From a bacterium (lineage in GTDB: Bacteria; RBG-13-61-14; DATKZS01), in contig CAXXFL010000001.1 of the NCBI GenBank assembly GCA_963674965.2, positions 672,001-736,000 of the forward strand: a stretch of 64,000 bases of DNA, in the 5' to 3' direction. The notes under the pieces were generated by a model. It did no database searches. It had not been told where the DNA came from and saw nothing but the letters and a program-made list of their open reading frames with translations. Of the stretch, positions 15,886 to 26,291 are shown piece after piece. The stretch's first letter is position 1; the number at the start of each line of letters is the position of its first letter. The position numbers and the translations under genes are program-made.

Positions 15886-18291
15886 TTGGGGAGGAAGGTG
15901 GCCGAGGTGGACCAGGCGGGCGTGAGGACCGAGTTCCTTTACGACGAGGCGGGTAGCCTCATCGGCGTGGACGACGCCGAGGGGGGAGAGACCCGCTATG
16001 TATATGACGCGGGCGGGGACCTGCTCTCGATCGTCGATCCCAACGGGCACGTTACCTCCTTTACTTACGACGAGCTTGGCCGCAAGACCTCGCGGACCCT
16101 GCCCGAGGGCATGGCCGAGACGTGGGAATACCGGGACTGCTGCATGGCCTCGTCCCATACCGACTTCAACGGCCGGACCGTCATTTACGAGTTCGACGAG
16201 ATGAAGCGCGAGACCCTCCGGACCTATCCGGACGGCAAGACCATCGGCCGCCAATACAACGGCCGGGGCCAGCTCGTCCGCGTGATTTATATTGGCTACG
16301 AGTTCGGCGCGGGCGAGCCGTATCGGGACCGCGTCTTCACCTACGACGACGTCACCGGGCAGCTCCTCCGCGACGACAAGGAGGACGGGCAGTATATCGC
16401 CTATAAGTACGATATCGCCGGGGCCCTTATCGAGACGGCCTACTCGGGCGGGCACGTGGTGACCTACGCCCACGACGCGCTCGGCCGCCTCGCGACCGTG
16501 ACCGACGACAACGGAATCACGCAGTATGCCTACGACGCGGTGGGCAACCGAAAGAGCATGGCCTATCCGAACGGGACGCTGGCCACATACGAGTTCGACG
16601 AGTTGAACCGCCTGACCTACCTCGAGAACTCGGGGCCGGGCGGGCTGATATCGAGCTACGAGTACACGCTTGGCCCGGCGGGGAACCGGACGGGGATCAT
16701 CGAGCGCTACCGCGAGCCGAAGGAGGCGGAGGGCGACACGGCCGAGCGGCCGGTGATCGAGGACGAGTGCGCCTACGAGTATGACGACCTGTATCGGCTC
16801 ACCCGCGAGGCGCGGACCTCCCCCGAGCCCGACCGCACCTACTGGATCGAGTATGACTACGACGCCTTCGGGAACCGCCTCGAGATGAACGCGGGCGGCC
16901 TGGTCACTGCCTACGACTACGACGCGAACGACAGGCTCCTCACCGAGTCAGCGGCCTCGGGAGTCACGTCGTACGCGTGGGACGATAACGGCAACATGGC
17001 CGGCAAGACCGGCCCATCGGAAACCTGGGCCTACGAATGGGACCTCGAGAACAAGATGGCCCGCGCCGACAAGGACGCCGCCCTCGCCGCCGCCTACGCC
17101 TACGACTTCCGCGGCGAGCGCATATACAAGCGGACGCCCGACGGCGCCACCCGCTTCCTCATCGACAACAACAACCAGACCGGCTACTCCCAAGCCCTCC
17201 GCGAAACCGACTCGGAGCAAGTTGAAGAAGTGGCTTATACATTTGGAGACGATCTGATCAGTCAGGAAAAGGCCGCGGTCTCGTTCTTCCATTACGACGG
17301 CCTGGGGTCATCACGGGCGCTTTCCTCCAATTCGGGTACTACCACAAACGCGTTCTCCTATCTTGCTTTCGGGTCGGTTTTATCCGCTACCGACCAGACA
17401 ATTACTTCTCATCTTTTCACGGGAGACGCCTATGACTTTAATCTTAGATATTATTATCTAAGAGCCAGGCTTTACGACCCCGTTTCGGGAAGATTTGTAT
17501 CACACGATAAATATGGTGGCAGAGTATTCGAGCCAAAAAGCATACATAAATATATTTATACATATAACAGCCCAGAGAATTACACGGACCCATCAGGATA
17601 TTTTACTATATATGAAATAATGATTGCTATTGCGGTGATAACTATTTTAATTATAAGCGCCGTTTCATTGTTTTTTGGTGGGGAAGATTACGATTGTCCA
17701 TCTGGTCTTTGGGCAGGTGTAGATGCACATGTTGATGCCACGTTTCAATTAGGACCTATGGGGTTGCCTCTTGGAGCGGTTGGCGGTGCCATTATCAGTT
17801 GTGTAGGCATGCGGGCTTATTCAATTCATAAAGAAAGGCCCATATGCCCATTACTCATTGCCTGTGGCAATACTCCTGTAGGAATAGGAGCGGAAATAGG
17901 GATGAATTTAGTTGGTGCTTACATAGTCGGCGCTCATGATATTGATGAATTATCTGGATTATCAGCAAATCTCAGTTTTTCCGCAAGCCCTGGTGTAGCG
18001 GGGCCGGGACCATCCTTAAGCGCTTCCTGGGGCGAAGGCTGTAATGTTGTCATCACGGCGGGGCTTTCAGTTAGCGCGGGTGATATGCTAGCTCTCCAAG
18101 GCTGCTCTGCCTATGTTGATGAGAGGCTATGCAGATGGGAACCTTCATTAATGGGCAAAGCCTATGACAGGATGGCTGATTTCGTTTCATGTGCCACAAG
18201 TTCATGCCTTTTTGATAAGCTTTCATTTTATTCTTCAGGCGGGATGTATAGCCACTGTGACTATCATCCTGATCTTTGTGGTACGCATTAA
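15886..18291 (+). CDS. 5'-truncated (orphan) Rhs/YD-repeat protein with a Cys/Gly-rich C-terminal domain
   Basis: Numerous YD repeats, Rhs core, PENYTDPSG; begins mid-repeat with no RBS; GC drops sharply near the core end. Confidence 0.9.
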   Translation: MGRKVAEVDQAGVRTEFLYDEAGSLIGVDDAEGGETRYVYDAGGDLLSIVDPNGHVTSFTYDELGRKTSRTLPEGMAETWEYRDCCMASSHTDFNGRTVIYEFDEMKRETLRTYPDGKTIGRQYNGRGQLVRVIYIGYEFGAGEPYRDRVFTYDDVTGQLLRDDKEDGQYIAYKYDIAGALIETAYSGGHVVTYAHDALGRLATVTDDNGITQYAYDAVGNRKSMAYPNGTLATYEFDELNRLTYLENSGPGGLISSYEYTLGPAGNRTGIIERYREPKEAEGDTAERPVIEDECAYEYDDLYRLTREARTSPEPDRTYWIEYDYDAFGNRLEMNAGGLVTAYDYDANDRLLTESAASGVTSYAWDDNGNMAGKTGPSETWAYEWDLENKMARADKDAALAAAYAYDFRGERIYKRTPDGATRFLIDNNNQTGYSQALRETDSEQVEEVAYTFGDDLISQEKAAVSFFHYDGLGSSRALSSNSGTTTNAFSYLAFGSVLSATDQTITSHLFTGDAYDFNLRYYYLRARLYDPVSGRFVSHDKYGGRVFEPKSIHKYIYTYNSPENYTDPSGYFTIYEIMIAIAVITILIISAVSLFFGGEDYDCPSGLWAGVDAHVDATFQLGPMGLPLGAVGGAIISCVGMRAYSIHKERPICPLLIACGNTPVGIGAEIGMNLVGAYIVGAHDIDELSGLSANLSFSASPGVAGPGPSLSASWGEGCNVVITAGLSVSAGDMLALQGCSAYVDERLCRWEPSLMGKAYDRMADFVSCATSSCLFDKLSFYSSGGMYSHCDYHPDLCGTH

Positions 18292-18307
18292 AGAGGGAGA
18301 GTATAAG

Positions 18308-19180
18308 ATGATAAAAAAAATTGCCGCCATTTGCTTTCTATTTCTTTTTGTTATTGGTTGCAAAACAAATATCAACAAGCCCAAAAAGGAGCCAGAGATG
18401 GTTGAAATTCCAGCCGGAGAATACCATGTTGGCGCGTCCTTAATATCAATAATGAAAAATTGCAATGATGGCATGGATAATATATTAAAAATGAAAAGTG
18501 GATACTTAAATAAGCTTGTTTGTCGCCCAGATATATTTAAGATCGATTCTCCCGAAATAAAAGTAGACGCCGAATGTTATTTTATCGATAAGTATGAAGT
18601 TACAAGGAAGCAATATAAAGAATGTATTAGTGATGGTAAATGTGAATTTAATGGTGATAGCACGGAATTAGATTCAGATTTGCCTATGACGAATATCGAT
18701 TGGAAGCAGGCAAATACATATTGCATTTGGAGAGGAGCAAGACTGCCGACTGAGATTGAATGGGAAATTGCAGCAAGAGGGAAGACAAAGACTTTTTATC
18801 CGTGGGGAGATGATTTTTCTTGTGAAAAGGCGAGGTCTATGTATTGCCATGAAGAGATCGAACCAGGAAAAAGGGTTGCCCAAAAAGGTGGCTCCAACGT
18901 TTTTGATGAAAGTGAATTTGGAGTGATGGACATGTCAGGTAACGTGCAGGAATTTACTTCTAATAGATATTGTAAAAGAGATGAAAAAGAGAGAGAATCA
19001 GGATATTTCTGTCAATCATATGGATCTTATGTATCTATTAGAGGCTCATTTTATAACGGATTGCCTCATCAATCACTTGTGAGAAGAAGCATCGTTAAAA
19101 TTAAAAGTAATAATTCATTCACAGGATTCAGATGCGCAAGAAGCTGTGATGAAAAAGATAATGTGAAAAATAAAAATTGA
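18308..19180 (+). CDS. FGE-sulfatase (SUMF1/C-type-lectin fold) lipoprotein, putative immunity protein
   Basis: Lipobox FVIGC; FIDKYEVT, RLPTEIEWEIAARG, YPWG, DMSGNVQE and GFRCA motifs; AT-rich; 16 nt after the Rhs stop. Confidence 0.88.
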   Translation: MIKKIAAICFLFLFVIGCKTNINKPKKEPEMVEIPAGEYHVGASLISIMKNCNDGMDNILKMKSGYLNKLVCRPDIFKIDSPEIKVDAECYFIDKYEVTRKQYKECISDGKCEFNGDSTELDSDLPMTNIDWKQANTYCIWRGARLPTEIEWEIAARGKTKTFYPWGDDFSCEKARSMYCHEEIEPGKRVAQKGGSNVFDESEFGVMDMSGNVQEFTSNRYCKRDEKERESGYFCQSYGSYVSIRGSFYNGLPHQSLVRRSIVKIKSNNSFTGFRCARSCDEKDNVKNKN

Positions 19181-19288
19181 TGGTCAGATATATATAAACA
19201 ACGGGTAACTCACACATAGTCGAACTACACGATACGGGTCGCCGAAGACCGAGGATTAATTTAGAGCAAAAACATTAGGGGCTAAGGA

Positions 19289-19699
19289 ATGAAACTGAAA
19301 TCGTATTTATGGCTTTTGATCACTTGCGAGGCGCTAATCTTGCTCCCGATTTTCCCGGGCCTGGCCGAGGAGGACCCGGCGGTTACGGCGGGGGTCGAAT
19401 GGCTTCGGGGCGCGGCGGGTCCGGACGGCGGGTTCGGGGCGGTGGTTGACGCGCGGGGGTCGGGGCTGGCCGCGGCCGCCCTCGGCGCCCATGGGCACGA
19501 CGTCACGGACGCCGTCTCTTCCCTTGCCTCGATTTCGCCCGCCAACGCTGAAAAGGCGTCCTTTCTCCTCCTTGCCGCTCCCGAACCGACAAATGCCGCC
19601 CACCTCCTTTCTCTCCAACTCCCCGACGGCTCCTACGGCTCAGGGATCTTGGGAGCATACTTATCTCGCCTTTGTTTAAGGGCAGAGATGTGTTTATAA
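19289..19699 (+). pseudogene. N-terminal fragment of a secreted protein with prenyltransferase/squalene-oxidase-type repeats
   Basis: Signal peptide; GVEWLRGAAGPDGGFG and LLSLQLPDGSYG repeats; similarity and GC-rich codon use stop near 19640. Confidence 0.6.
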
Positions 19700-19716
19700 A
19701 AAAATCATCCGTTTCT

Positions 19717-20007
19717 TCAGGCGATGACCTCATAGGCCTCGATGCCGAGTCCGCCCTCGAGGAGGTCTTTTAGCTTGCCGGCGGCCGCCTGGAAATGGGC
19801 CGAGCCGGCGTGGGCCTGAAACGCGTCGCCGTCCTTGTACTTCTCGTAGACCATGAAAAGGGAAGGGTCCTTTTTCGAGCGATGGAAGGTATACTCGAGA
19901 GCGCCTTCCTCGTTTTGCTTGACCGCCTCGACCAGTTCCTTCATGACCGAAATAAGCTCGTCTTCTTTGCCGGACTTGGCCACGAGGTTTGCCGATATTA
20001 CTATCAT
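19717..20007 (-). CDS. Antibiotic biosynthesis monooxygenase (ABM) family protein
   Basis: E.GALEYTFHR..DP..FMVYEKY..AFQAH..SAHF pattern. Confidence 0.9.
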   Translation of the reverse strand: MIVISANLVAKSGKEDELISVMKELVEAVKQNEEGALEYTFHRSKKDPSLFMVYEKYKDGDAFQAHAGSAHFQAAAGKLKDLLEGGLGIEAYEVIA

Positions 20008-20238
20008 GATTCCTTCTCCAAATGTTTTTTTTCCGCTACGCGGCTGTTATTATTTTGGTACGATAGCGCGCCTCATGCAAGCGGGAGCGCCGAGGCCGCC
20101 ATTTCAGGTGAGTTCTTTTTCCGGGTAATGCGATATGGTCGGTGAGGAATTCGAGTTTTCGACTGGTCCCGCCTGGCGGGAACGTTTCCTCCCCCTCGGG
20201 TCCCGCGGTAGGGATCCGCGCCTGGGGAGGAGGATCGA

Positions 20239-20484
20239 TCAGCCGCCCAGGTCTATTCTCGCGGGCGGTTTCCTGAAATGCCTTTTGTCTTTTAATACGC
20301 GCGGCAATTTTCCAAAACCTCGGAGTCCGGGTTTTCCCTGGTACTCCTTGCGATGGCAAAGGTGGTCGCCAGGGCATTTTTTCCCATCAATTCCGCATTT
20401 CCCAAGGTCCTCGTCCCTTGGCTGCAAATACTGGACAAAGCTGTCAAGCATCCAGAATTCGCAGTGGCTGCATCTTCTTTCCAT
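20239..20484 (-). CDS. Small Cys-rich basic protein
   Basis: AGGAG RBS; CSHCEFW...GKC...C...CH. Confidence 0.6.
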   Translation of the reverse strand: MERRCSHCEFWMLDSFVQYLQPRDEDLGKCGIDGKKCPGDHLCHRKEYQGKPGLRGFGKLPRVLKDKRHFRKPPARIDLGG

Positions 20485-20624
20485 ATTTTTCTCCTTCTTA
20501 GACGTCAGCTTCATGAGGATTTATCTCCATATCGCCGATAGTAGGCGGTCCTTTCCCGAGAGGCCTGGGCCGCCTCTAATTTCCTATCGGCTCCCTTTGC
20601 ATTTTTCTTTAGTCTCCTTCCCGG

Positions 20625-23219
20625 TCACGCCGCCTGGCTGAAGACTATTCTGTTTTCAGCCTCGGGCGAGTCCACCAAGATCGAGTCGCCTTCCTTGAAA
20701 CGGCCCTCCAATATGGACCGAGCCAGAGGGTCCTGGATTTCACGTTGGATCGCCCGCTTTAAAGGCCGGGCCCCGTAAAGAGGATCGAACCCGACCCTGG
20801 CGATATAATCCTTGGCCCGATCGGTAATATCTATGGTCAAACCGCGCTCGGCCAGTCTCTTTGCCAGCCTGGCCACCTGGATATCGACGATGCTCTTGAT
20901 CTGGTCGAAGCCAAGGCTCGAGAAGACGATCACGTCGTCCACCCTGTTCAAGAACTCGGGCTTGAAGTGGTCCCGAAGTTCGTCCATGACCCGGTCGCGG
21001 ACTTTGTCCACCCCGCCCTCAGCCGCCTGGATAAGCCGGGTACCGATGTTGGAAGTCATTATTATCACGGTGTTTTTAAAATCCACGGTCCGGCCCTTGC
21101 CGTCGGTCAGCCGGCCGTCGTCAAGAATCTGGAGAAGGGCGCTCCACACGTCGGGGTGGGCCTTCTCAATCTCGTCGAACAGGACCACCGAGTAGGGTTT
21201 GCGGCGGACCGCCTCGGTCAGGTAGCCGCCCTCCTCGTAACCCACGTATCCGGGGGGCGCTCCGATCAGCCTGGCCACCGAGTGTTTTTCCATGAACTCG
21301 GACATGTCTATGCGGATCATGTTCTTCTCGTCGTCGAAAAGGAACTCGGCCAGGGCCCGTCCCGTTTCCGTCTTACCCACGCCGGTGGGTCCCAAAAAGA
21401 TAAACGATCCGATGGGCCTGTCAGGGTCCGACAGGCCGGAACGCGCCCTTCTTACGGCGTTGGATAACGCCAGCAGGGCCTCGTCTTGTCCAATAACGCG
21501 CATCCCCAGCCTCTCCTCCATTTTAAGGAGCTTCTGGAGCTCGCCCTCGAGCATCTTCGTAACGGGTATGCCGGTCCACTTGGAGACTATTTTCGCCACA
21601 TCCTCCGAGTCGACCTCCTCCTTGAGCATGGCCCGCTCGCTCTGTATACTCTTTAGATGCTCCTGCGCCGCGTTCAGGTTCCGCTCTTCCTCAGGAATTT
21701 TTCCATGCCTTATCTCGGCCACGCGGTTGTAATCGCCCACCCGCTCGGCTTTTTGTTCCTCGATCTGAAGCTCGTCGATATTGGCTTTAGCCTCCCGTAT
21801 GGCCTGGATCACCTCTTTTTCCTGCTTCCACGTGGCCTTGAGGCCGTCGCTCTCGGCGGTTATGTCGGCGATTTCCTTCTCGATTTTTTTAAGCCGCTCC
21901 CGGCACGCCTCGTCTTTTTCCTTTTTCATGGCTTCCCGCTCGATCTCGAGCTGGATTCTTCTCCTCTCGAGCTGGTCGATCTCGGCGGGCATGGAATCGA
22001 TTTCGATTCTAAGGACGGAGGCCGCCTCATCGATCAGGTCGATGGCCTTGTCGGGCAGGAACCGGTCGGTTATGTAGCGATGGGACAAGGTGGCCGCGCT
22101 GACAATGGCCCCGTCCATAATCCGGACGCCGTGGTGGACCTCGTATTTTTCTTTGAGCCCGCGCAGGATGGAGATGGTTTCCTCCACCGTGGGCTCGTCA
22201 ACCAGCACGGGCTGGAAACGACGCTCGAGGGCCGCGTCCTTTTCGACGTGTTTTCGGTACTCGTCCAGGGTGGTGGCGCCGATAGTGCGAAGCTCACCAC
22301 GAGCCAGGGCCGGCTTGAGCATATTCGAGGCGTCAATGGCCCCCTCCGCCGCTCCCGCGCCCACGATGGTGTGCATCTCGTCGATAAAAAGGATGATCTG
22401 CCCCTCGCTCTCGATGATCTCGTTGATCACGGCCTTGAGCCGGTCCTCGAATTCTCCCCGGTACTTGGCGCCCGCCACCAGGGCCCCCATGTCAAGGGCC
22501 ACCAGCCGCTTGTTCTTAAGGCCCTCGGGCACGTCGCCCGCGACTATACGCTGGGCCAGACCCTCGGCTATGGCCGTCTTGCCCACGCCGGGCTCGCCTA
22601 TCAGCACCGGGTTATTCTTGGTGCGGCGGGAAAGGACCTGCATGACCCGGCGGATTTCCTCGTCCCTTCCTATAACGGGGTCCATCTTGCCGCGCGAGGC
22701 TATGTCCGTCAGGTCCTTGGCGTACTGCTTGAGGGCGTCGTAGGTGTTCTCGGGGTTCTGGTCCGTCACCTTTTGGCCGCCCCTAAGCTGCTGAAGGGAC
22801 TTGTATATTTCGTCTTTAGTTACGCCGAGGCCTCGAAGTATCTCTCCGGCCGGTCCCTTGTCCTCAACGGAGGCGATCAAAACGTGCTCGGTGGAAACGT
22901 ACTTGTCGGAAAGCCGGTCGGCTTCTTTCTGGGCCGACTCGAACACCTGGTTAACGCGGGGCGAGATGTATACCTGGTCCGAGCTAACGCCCTGGACCTT
23001 GGGCATTTTGGCCAGCTTGCCGGCCAGTTCCTGACCCAGTTGGTTGATATTCACGCCCAGCTTCTGAAGAATGGGTATGACTATGTTCTTCTCCTGGCCA
23101 AGCATGGCCAGCATCAGGTGCTCGAGGTCAATCTGCTGGTGATCGTTCTCGCTCGCCAGGTTTTGCGCCTTTTGCAGGGCCTCCTGAGTCATAAGCGTCA
23201 TTTTGTCCATTCTTATCAT
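20625..23219 (-). CDS. clpB: ATP-dependent chaperone ClpB
   Basis: Clp N domain, two AAA+ modules ([16 protein letters not shown]), coiled-coil middle domain, 864 aa. Confidence 0.98.
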   Translation of the reverse strand: MIRMDKMTLMTQEALQKAQNLASENDHQQIDLEHLMLAMLGQEKNIVIPILQKLGVNINQLGQELAGKLAKMPKVQGVSSDQVYISPRVNQVFESAQKEADRLSDKYVSTEHVLIASVEDKGPAGEILRGLGVTKDEIYKSLQQLRGGQKVTDQNPENTYDALKQYAKDLTDIASRGKMDPVIGRDEEIRRVMQVLSRRTKNNPVLIGEPGVGKTAIAEGLAQRIVAGDVPEGLKNKRLVALDMGALVAGAKYRGEFEDRLKAVINEIIESEGQIILFIDEMHTIVGAGAAEGAIDASNMLKPALARGELRTIGATTLDEYRKHVEKDAALERRFQPVLVDEPTVEETISILRGLKEKYEVHHGVRIMDGAIVSAATLSHRYITDRFLPDKAIDLIDEAASVLRIEIDSMPAEIDQLERRRIQLEIEREAMKKEKDEACRERLKKIEKEIADITAESDGLKATWKQEKEVIQAIREAKANIDELQIEEQKAERVGDYNRVAEIRHGKIPEEERNLNAAQEHLKSIQSERAMLKEEVDSEDVAKIVSKWTGIPVTKMLEGELQKLLKMEERLGMRVIGQDEALLALSNAVRRARSGLSDPDRPIGSFIFLGPTGVGKTETGRALAEFLFDDEKNMIRIDMSEFMEKHSVARLIGAPPGYVGYEEGGYLTEAVRRKPYSVVLFDEIEKAHPDVWSALLQILDDGRLTDGKGRTVDFKNTVIIMTSNIGTRLIQAAEGGVDKVRDRVMDELRDHFKPEFLNRVDDVIVFSSLGFDQIKSIVDIQVARLAKRLAERGLTIDITDRAKDYIARVGFDPLYGARPLKRAIQREIQDPLARSILEGRFKEGDSILVDSPEAENRIVFSQAA

Positions 23220-23534
23220 TTTACTTGTCCTCCTAGACTATACGTTCTTTATTTTCAATCAGTTATGCTTTTATTAAGTTTTCGTTCGCCCTCGGCTCCA
23301 GATAAGGCAAAAGGGCTGAAAGGCCCCTTTTTCGTTCGAGCGTTAGTTTTGTAATTCCCATTAAGATAAGGGTTTTAATAGTTCCACCGCGCGCGCGGCC
23401 CTTATTAGCCATGTTGTTTTTCAAATTGCCTCTTCGCCCTTTTGCCTCATCCGTTATTCTCGCTAAAAATATAATCATGAAATACCGTCTTTCAAGCTTT
23501 ACCGTCTTCTTCGGAGCATGGCCAGGTCCTTCAA

Positions 23535-24452
23535 TCATCGAAAGTGTCTAGCCAGCTCGGAGGCGTATTTTGTGCCCAGCTCCAGCCGGTTTGCCTTGAT
23601 CCAATCGCTAAGCCGGGTCGGGCAAAGAGGAGGGCGTTCAGAAACCAGCAGGTCATCCATCAGCCCGTCGATCTCATCTTTGGTAATGATCTTGTCACCG
23701 ACCATGGCCCCCGCTATCCAGGCGAAAGGAAGCGCCGCGTACCTGGGAAGGGGAACCAGCCTTGCCCCGCTTCCCACCGCTCTTTGAATGAGCCTTACCA
23801 TGTCCGCGTAGGCGTAGACTTCAGGACCAACCGCGTCGACCGTAACGTTGTCCCTGGATTCTCCAAGTTCGACCATTAGTCTAGCCAGGTCCTCGACGTA
23901 TACGGGCTGGAGGCGGTAATCGCCGCGTCCGAAAATCCCGAATAGGGGCAGCCGGCGCAAAAGATATGCGATGTTGTTGATCAGAATGTCCTCCTTCCCG
24001 AAGAGGACCGTGGGCCGGACAATGGCGTAGGAAAGGCCCGATCGCTCCAAAGTCCTCTCCAGGATGGCCTTGCCCCGGAAATAGGGCAATCGAGAATCGA
24101 GGGATGGATTGGAGATGCTGACGTGAACGAAGCGGGAAACCCCCGCCTCTTGGGCCGCCCATATCATATTCTGCGTATTGGCCACGGCCTGGCCGTAAGT
24201 GGTCGATCCATGATTGAACCTTACCCAGTAGGTATTGTACACGACGTCGATCCCCTCGAGGTCCTTGACCATCCTTTTCGGGTCATCAAAGGAATAGGGC
24301 CTGATGTCGATTTTTCCCTCGAAGGGGTCCCTTCTTTGTGGATGACCCGTGAAGGTTCGGACCTTTTCGTTTTTCTCGAGCAGTATTTTTGTGATGTATT
24401 TTCCGGAATAGCTTAGGGCGCCGGTTACGATGTTATGTTTTTTCTTATTCAT
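23535..24452 (-). CDS. NAD(P)-binding epimerase/NDUFA9-like protein
   Basis: VTGALSYSGKY, YFRGK and IVRPTVLFG motifs; start at ATG 24452 after GGAGG. Confidence 0.88.
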   Translation of the reverse strand: MNKKKHNIVTGALSYSGKYITKILLEKNEKVRTFTGHPQRRDPFEGKIDIRPYSFDDPKRMVKDLEGIDVVYNTYWVRFNHGSTTYGQAVANTQNMIWAAQEAGVSRFVHVSISNPSLDSRLPYFRGKAILERTLERSGLSYAIVRPTVLFGKEDILINNIAYLLRRLPLFGIFGRGDYRLQPVYVEDLARLMVELGESRDNVTVDAVGPEVYAYADMVRLIQRAVGSGARLVPLPRYAALPFAWIAGAMVGDKIITKDEIDGLMDDLLVSERPPLCPTRLSDWIKANRLELGTKYASELARHFR

Positions 24453-24497
24453 TTTTTTCCTCCTTGTCACTCCATAAACGTCAGAAGTTATGGAACA

Positions 24498-24513
24498 TTC
24501 AAAATTTATTGAA
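24498..24513. promoter_or_regulatory. TTC-N10-GAA palindrome, candidate operator of the adjacent regulator
   Basis: TTCAAAATTTATTGAA; similar site at 25181-25196. Confidence 0.5.
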
Positions 24514-24670
24514 ATATCCCGCCAAAAAAATGCCCCACGTCCAAAGCCATGAAATTTCATGAATGCTTTTACATATATAGGAGCCAAGGCGGAGGACATT
24601 GCCCCGGCGGTCACGCTTTGGGAGCGTGCTTCTCTTGGTTGTTTCGTCTGAGGTCAACTTTGGCCCCCTT

Positions 24671-25165
24671 TCAGCTTGCCCCGGCCAGGGACTCGAAAAC
24701 GCGCTTGGCCGTTTCCTCGTCGGCCAGTAGTTTCTCCGCGATGGCGTCCATGGTCGAGAGGAGCTTTTCCATTTCCTTTAATCTTTCAGTGACTTCCCCT
24801 CCTTCCGTTTCCCTGGACCTCAGCATTTCCTTGAGGGATTTCAAAAGGGGGTCCATCTCGCGGCGCTTCCTTTCCCGGGCGATGGCGAAGAACATGCTCC
24901 AGATATCGGGCGGGGCCTCGTAATAATCGCGCCTGTCCCCGGCCACGCGGACCCTGTGGACGACTCCCCAATTCCTCAATTCTTTAAGGCACATGCTGGC
25001 GTTGCCCCGGCTGATATTAAGGGTCTTGGCGATGTGGTCGAGGCTGATTGCCCCTTCCGAGGCGATAAGAAGGGCATGGACCCTGGCCATGGAGTTATTA
25101 AGTCCCCACAGGCTCCCCATATTTCCCCAGGACTCGATGAATTTTTCTTTAAGTTTTTGTTCCAT
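24671..25165 (-). CDS. GbsR/MarR-family transcriptional regulator
   Basis: WG.MG..WGLN.SMARVHALL, ISRGNASMCLKELRNWG and GDRRDYY motifs. Confidence 0.9.
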   Translation of the reverse strand: MEQKLKEKFIESWGNMGSLWGLNNSMARVHALLIASEGAISLDHIAKTLNISRGNASMCLKELRNWGVVHRVRVAGDRRDYYEAPPDIWSMFFAIARERKRREMDPLLKSLKEMLRSRETEGGEVTERLKEMEKLLSTMDAIAEKLLADEETAKRVFESLAGAS

Positions 25166-25180
25166 ATCATTTTCTAATTA

Positions 25181-25196
25181 TTCTGTATATTCTGAA
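25181..25196. promoter_or_regulatory. TTC-N10-GAA palindrome, candidate autoregulatory site
   Basis: TTCTGTATATTCTGAA 16 nt upstream of the regulator start. Confidence 0.5.
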
Positions 25197-25863
25197 TATA
25201 CACTATTGTCAGGCCCGCGTCAAGTACCCCCAGCAAACATTTCCACCAGTGAAAAGTACCACCGGTAATCTGGCCGCAACCATTTGGCCAGGCCATCGCG
25301 CCATTAAGGCGTAAACGCGGCGATACGGAAAACATGCCGTCATTCAAGAGAGCGATTTTTTCCAGAAAAGGGGCCATTGAAGTGGCTGGCTTTGGCCGGC
25401 TGATCTTCTCCCCACCATGGGCGGCTACGGCGGCGAAAGCAAACGACGGGATGGGCAACAAAGCGCCACCGTTAATTTCCTCAAGAAGAATTCCCGTGCT
25501 TCCAAGGATTGAAAGCCGCCGCGCGTTTTTCCGTCTTATGGTCCCGCATGGGGATTGACGTTCTGTTTTTACTTCCCATAACGATATTTTTGACCGTTCT
25601 TTTCCGGCTTGCCAGTCCATGTTCTTGATCTGATTGAAATTCTTTCTTCATTGGACATTTTTCGTTGGGTAATAGTCATTCTCATGGAACCCGTCTTTTA
25701 AGCCGGCCATTCGAATAACCAACGGCTTTTCCGAAAGCAGAGTTTGGCTTCTTCATTCAGCAAATGTCTCTCCACATCACTATTGTATTTCATGTGGCCA
25801 TGACAATGCATGTATATTATTCTCAAGTATGGAGATCGCCCCTTTCGCCCATTTACGTCAATT

Positions 25864-25995
25864 CCCCGCCTCATGGTCCTTGCCGAGTCCGCCTGGACCC
25901 CGGAGAGTAGAAAAGACTGGACCGACTTTAGATCGAGACTGGAATCGACCAGCGAAAAATATGAAGAAACGGGGACAGTCTTCGGCTGGTATTGA
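25864..25995 (+). pseudogene. C-terminal remnant of a GH20 beta-N-acetylhexosaminidase
   Basis: PRLMVLAESAWTPESRKDWTDFRSRL matches the GH20 C-terminal PR..ALAE..W...KDW..F..RL pattern; no upstream gene body. Confidence 0.6.
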
Positions 25996-26048
25996 GGAAA
26001 AGGATTTTCATCCAAGGAATAAGCCGGTTGCGGCCGGCGAAAAAAAAG

Positions 26049-26291
26049 TCAGCCTTGTTTTTTCATGCAGGCCTTGAGCCTGTCCTTGACGTCATCGGGC
26101 AGGTACGGTCCGGAGAGGGAACCCATCAGCCCGCGAGTGGCCTTTAAAGTCTCGACGCAGTTTTTACAGCAACCGCATTCCTCGAGATGACGGGCGACGA
26201 TCTCGGCCTCCTTCTTGTCCAGCTCGCCGTCAAGATATTCGGACATCTTCTCGAAGAGCTCTTTACAGTCGCGATGGTCGTGAGTGGCCAT
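26049..26291 (-). CDS. Zinc-finger (zf-HC2) anti-sigma factor, soluble
   Basis: C..L...MSEYLDGEL...HLEECGCC (HxxxCxxC); coupled to the sigma gene. Confidence 0.92.
   Translation of the reverse strand: MATHDHRDCKELFEKMSEYLDGELDKKEAEIVARHLEECGCCKNCVETLKATRGLMGSLSGPYLPDDVKDRLKACMKKQG

Noticed and set aside
18308-19180. FGE-domain gene as a diversity-generating retroelement target
   Set aside because: No reverse transcriptase and no template repeat of its 3' end in the window.
21657-23354. Long antisense ORFs (also 725-1738, 2107-3408, 7603-8955, 38571-39752, 55884-57251, 62155-63156)
   Set aside because: Shadow frames of high-GC genes on the opposite strand, with no motifs of their own.
23220-23530. 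CIRCE/HrcA operator upstream of clpB
   Set aside because: No TTAGCACTC-N9-GAGTGCTAA present; only a weak promoter-like CTTGAAA.
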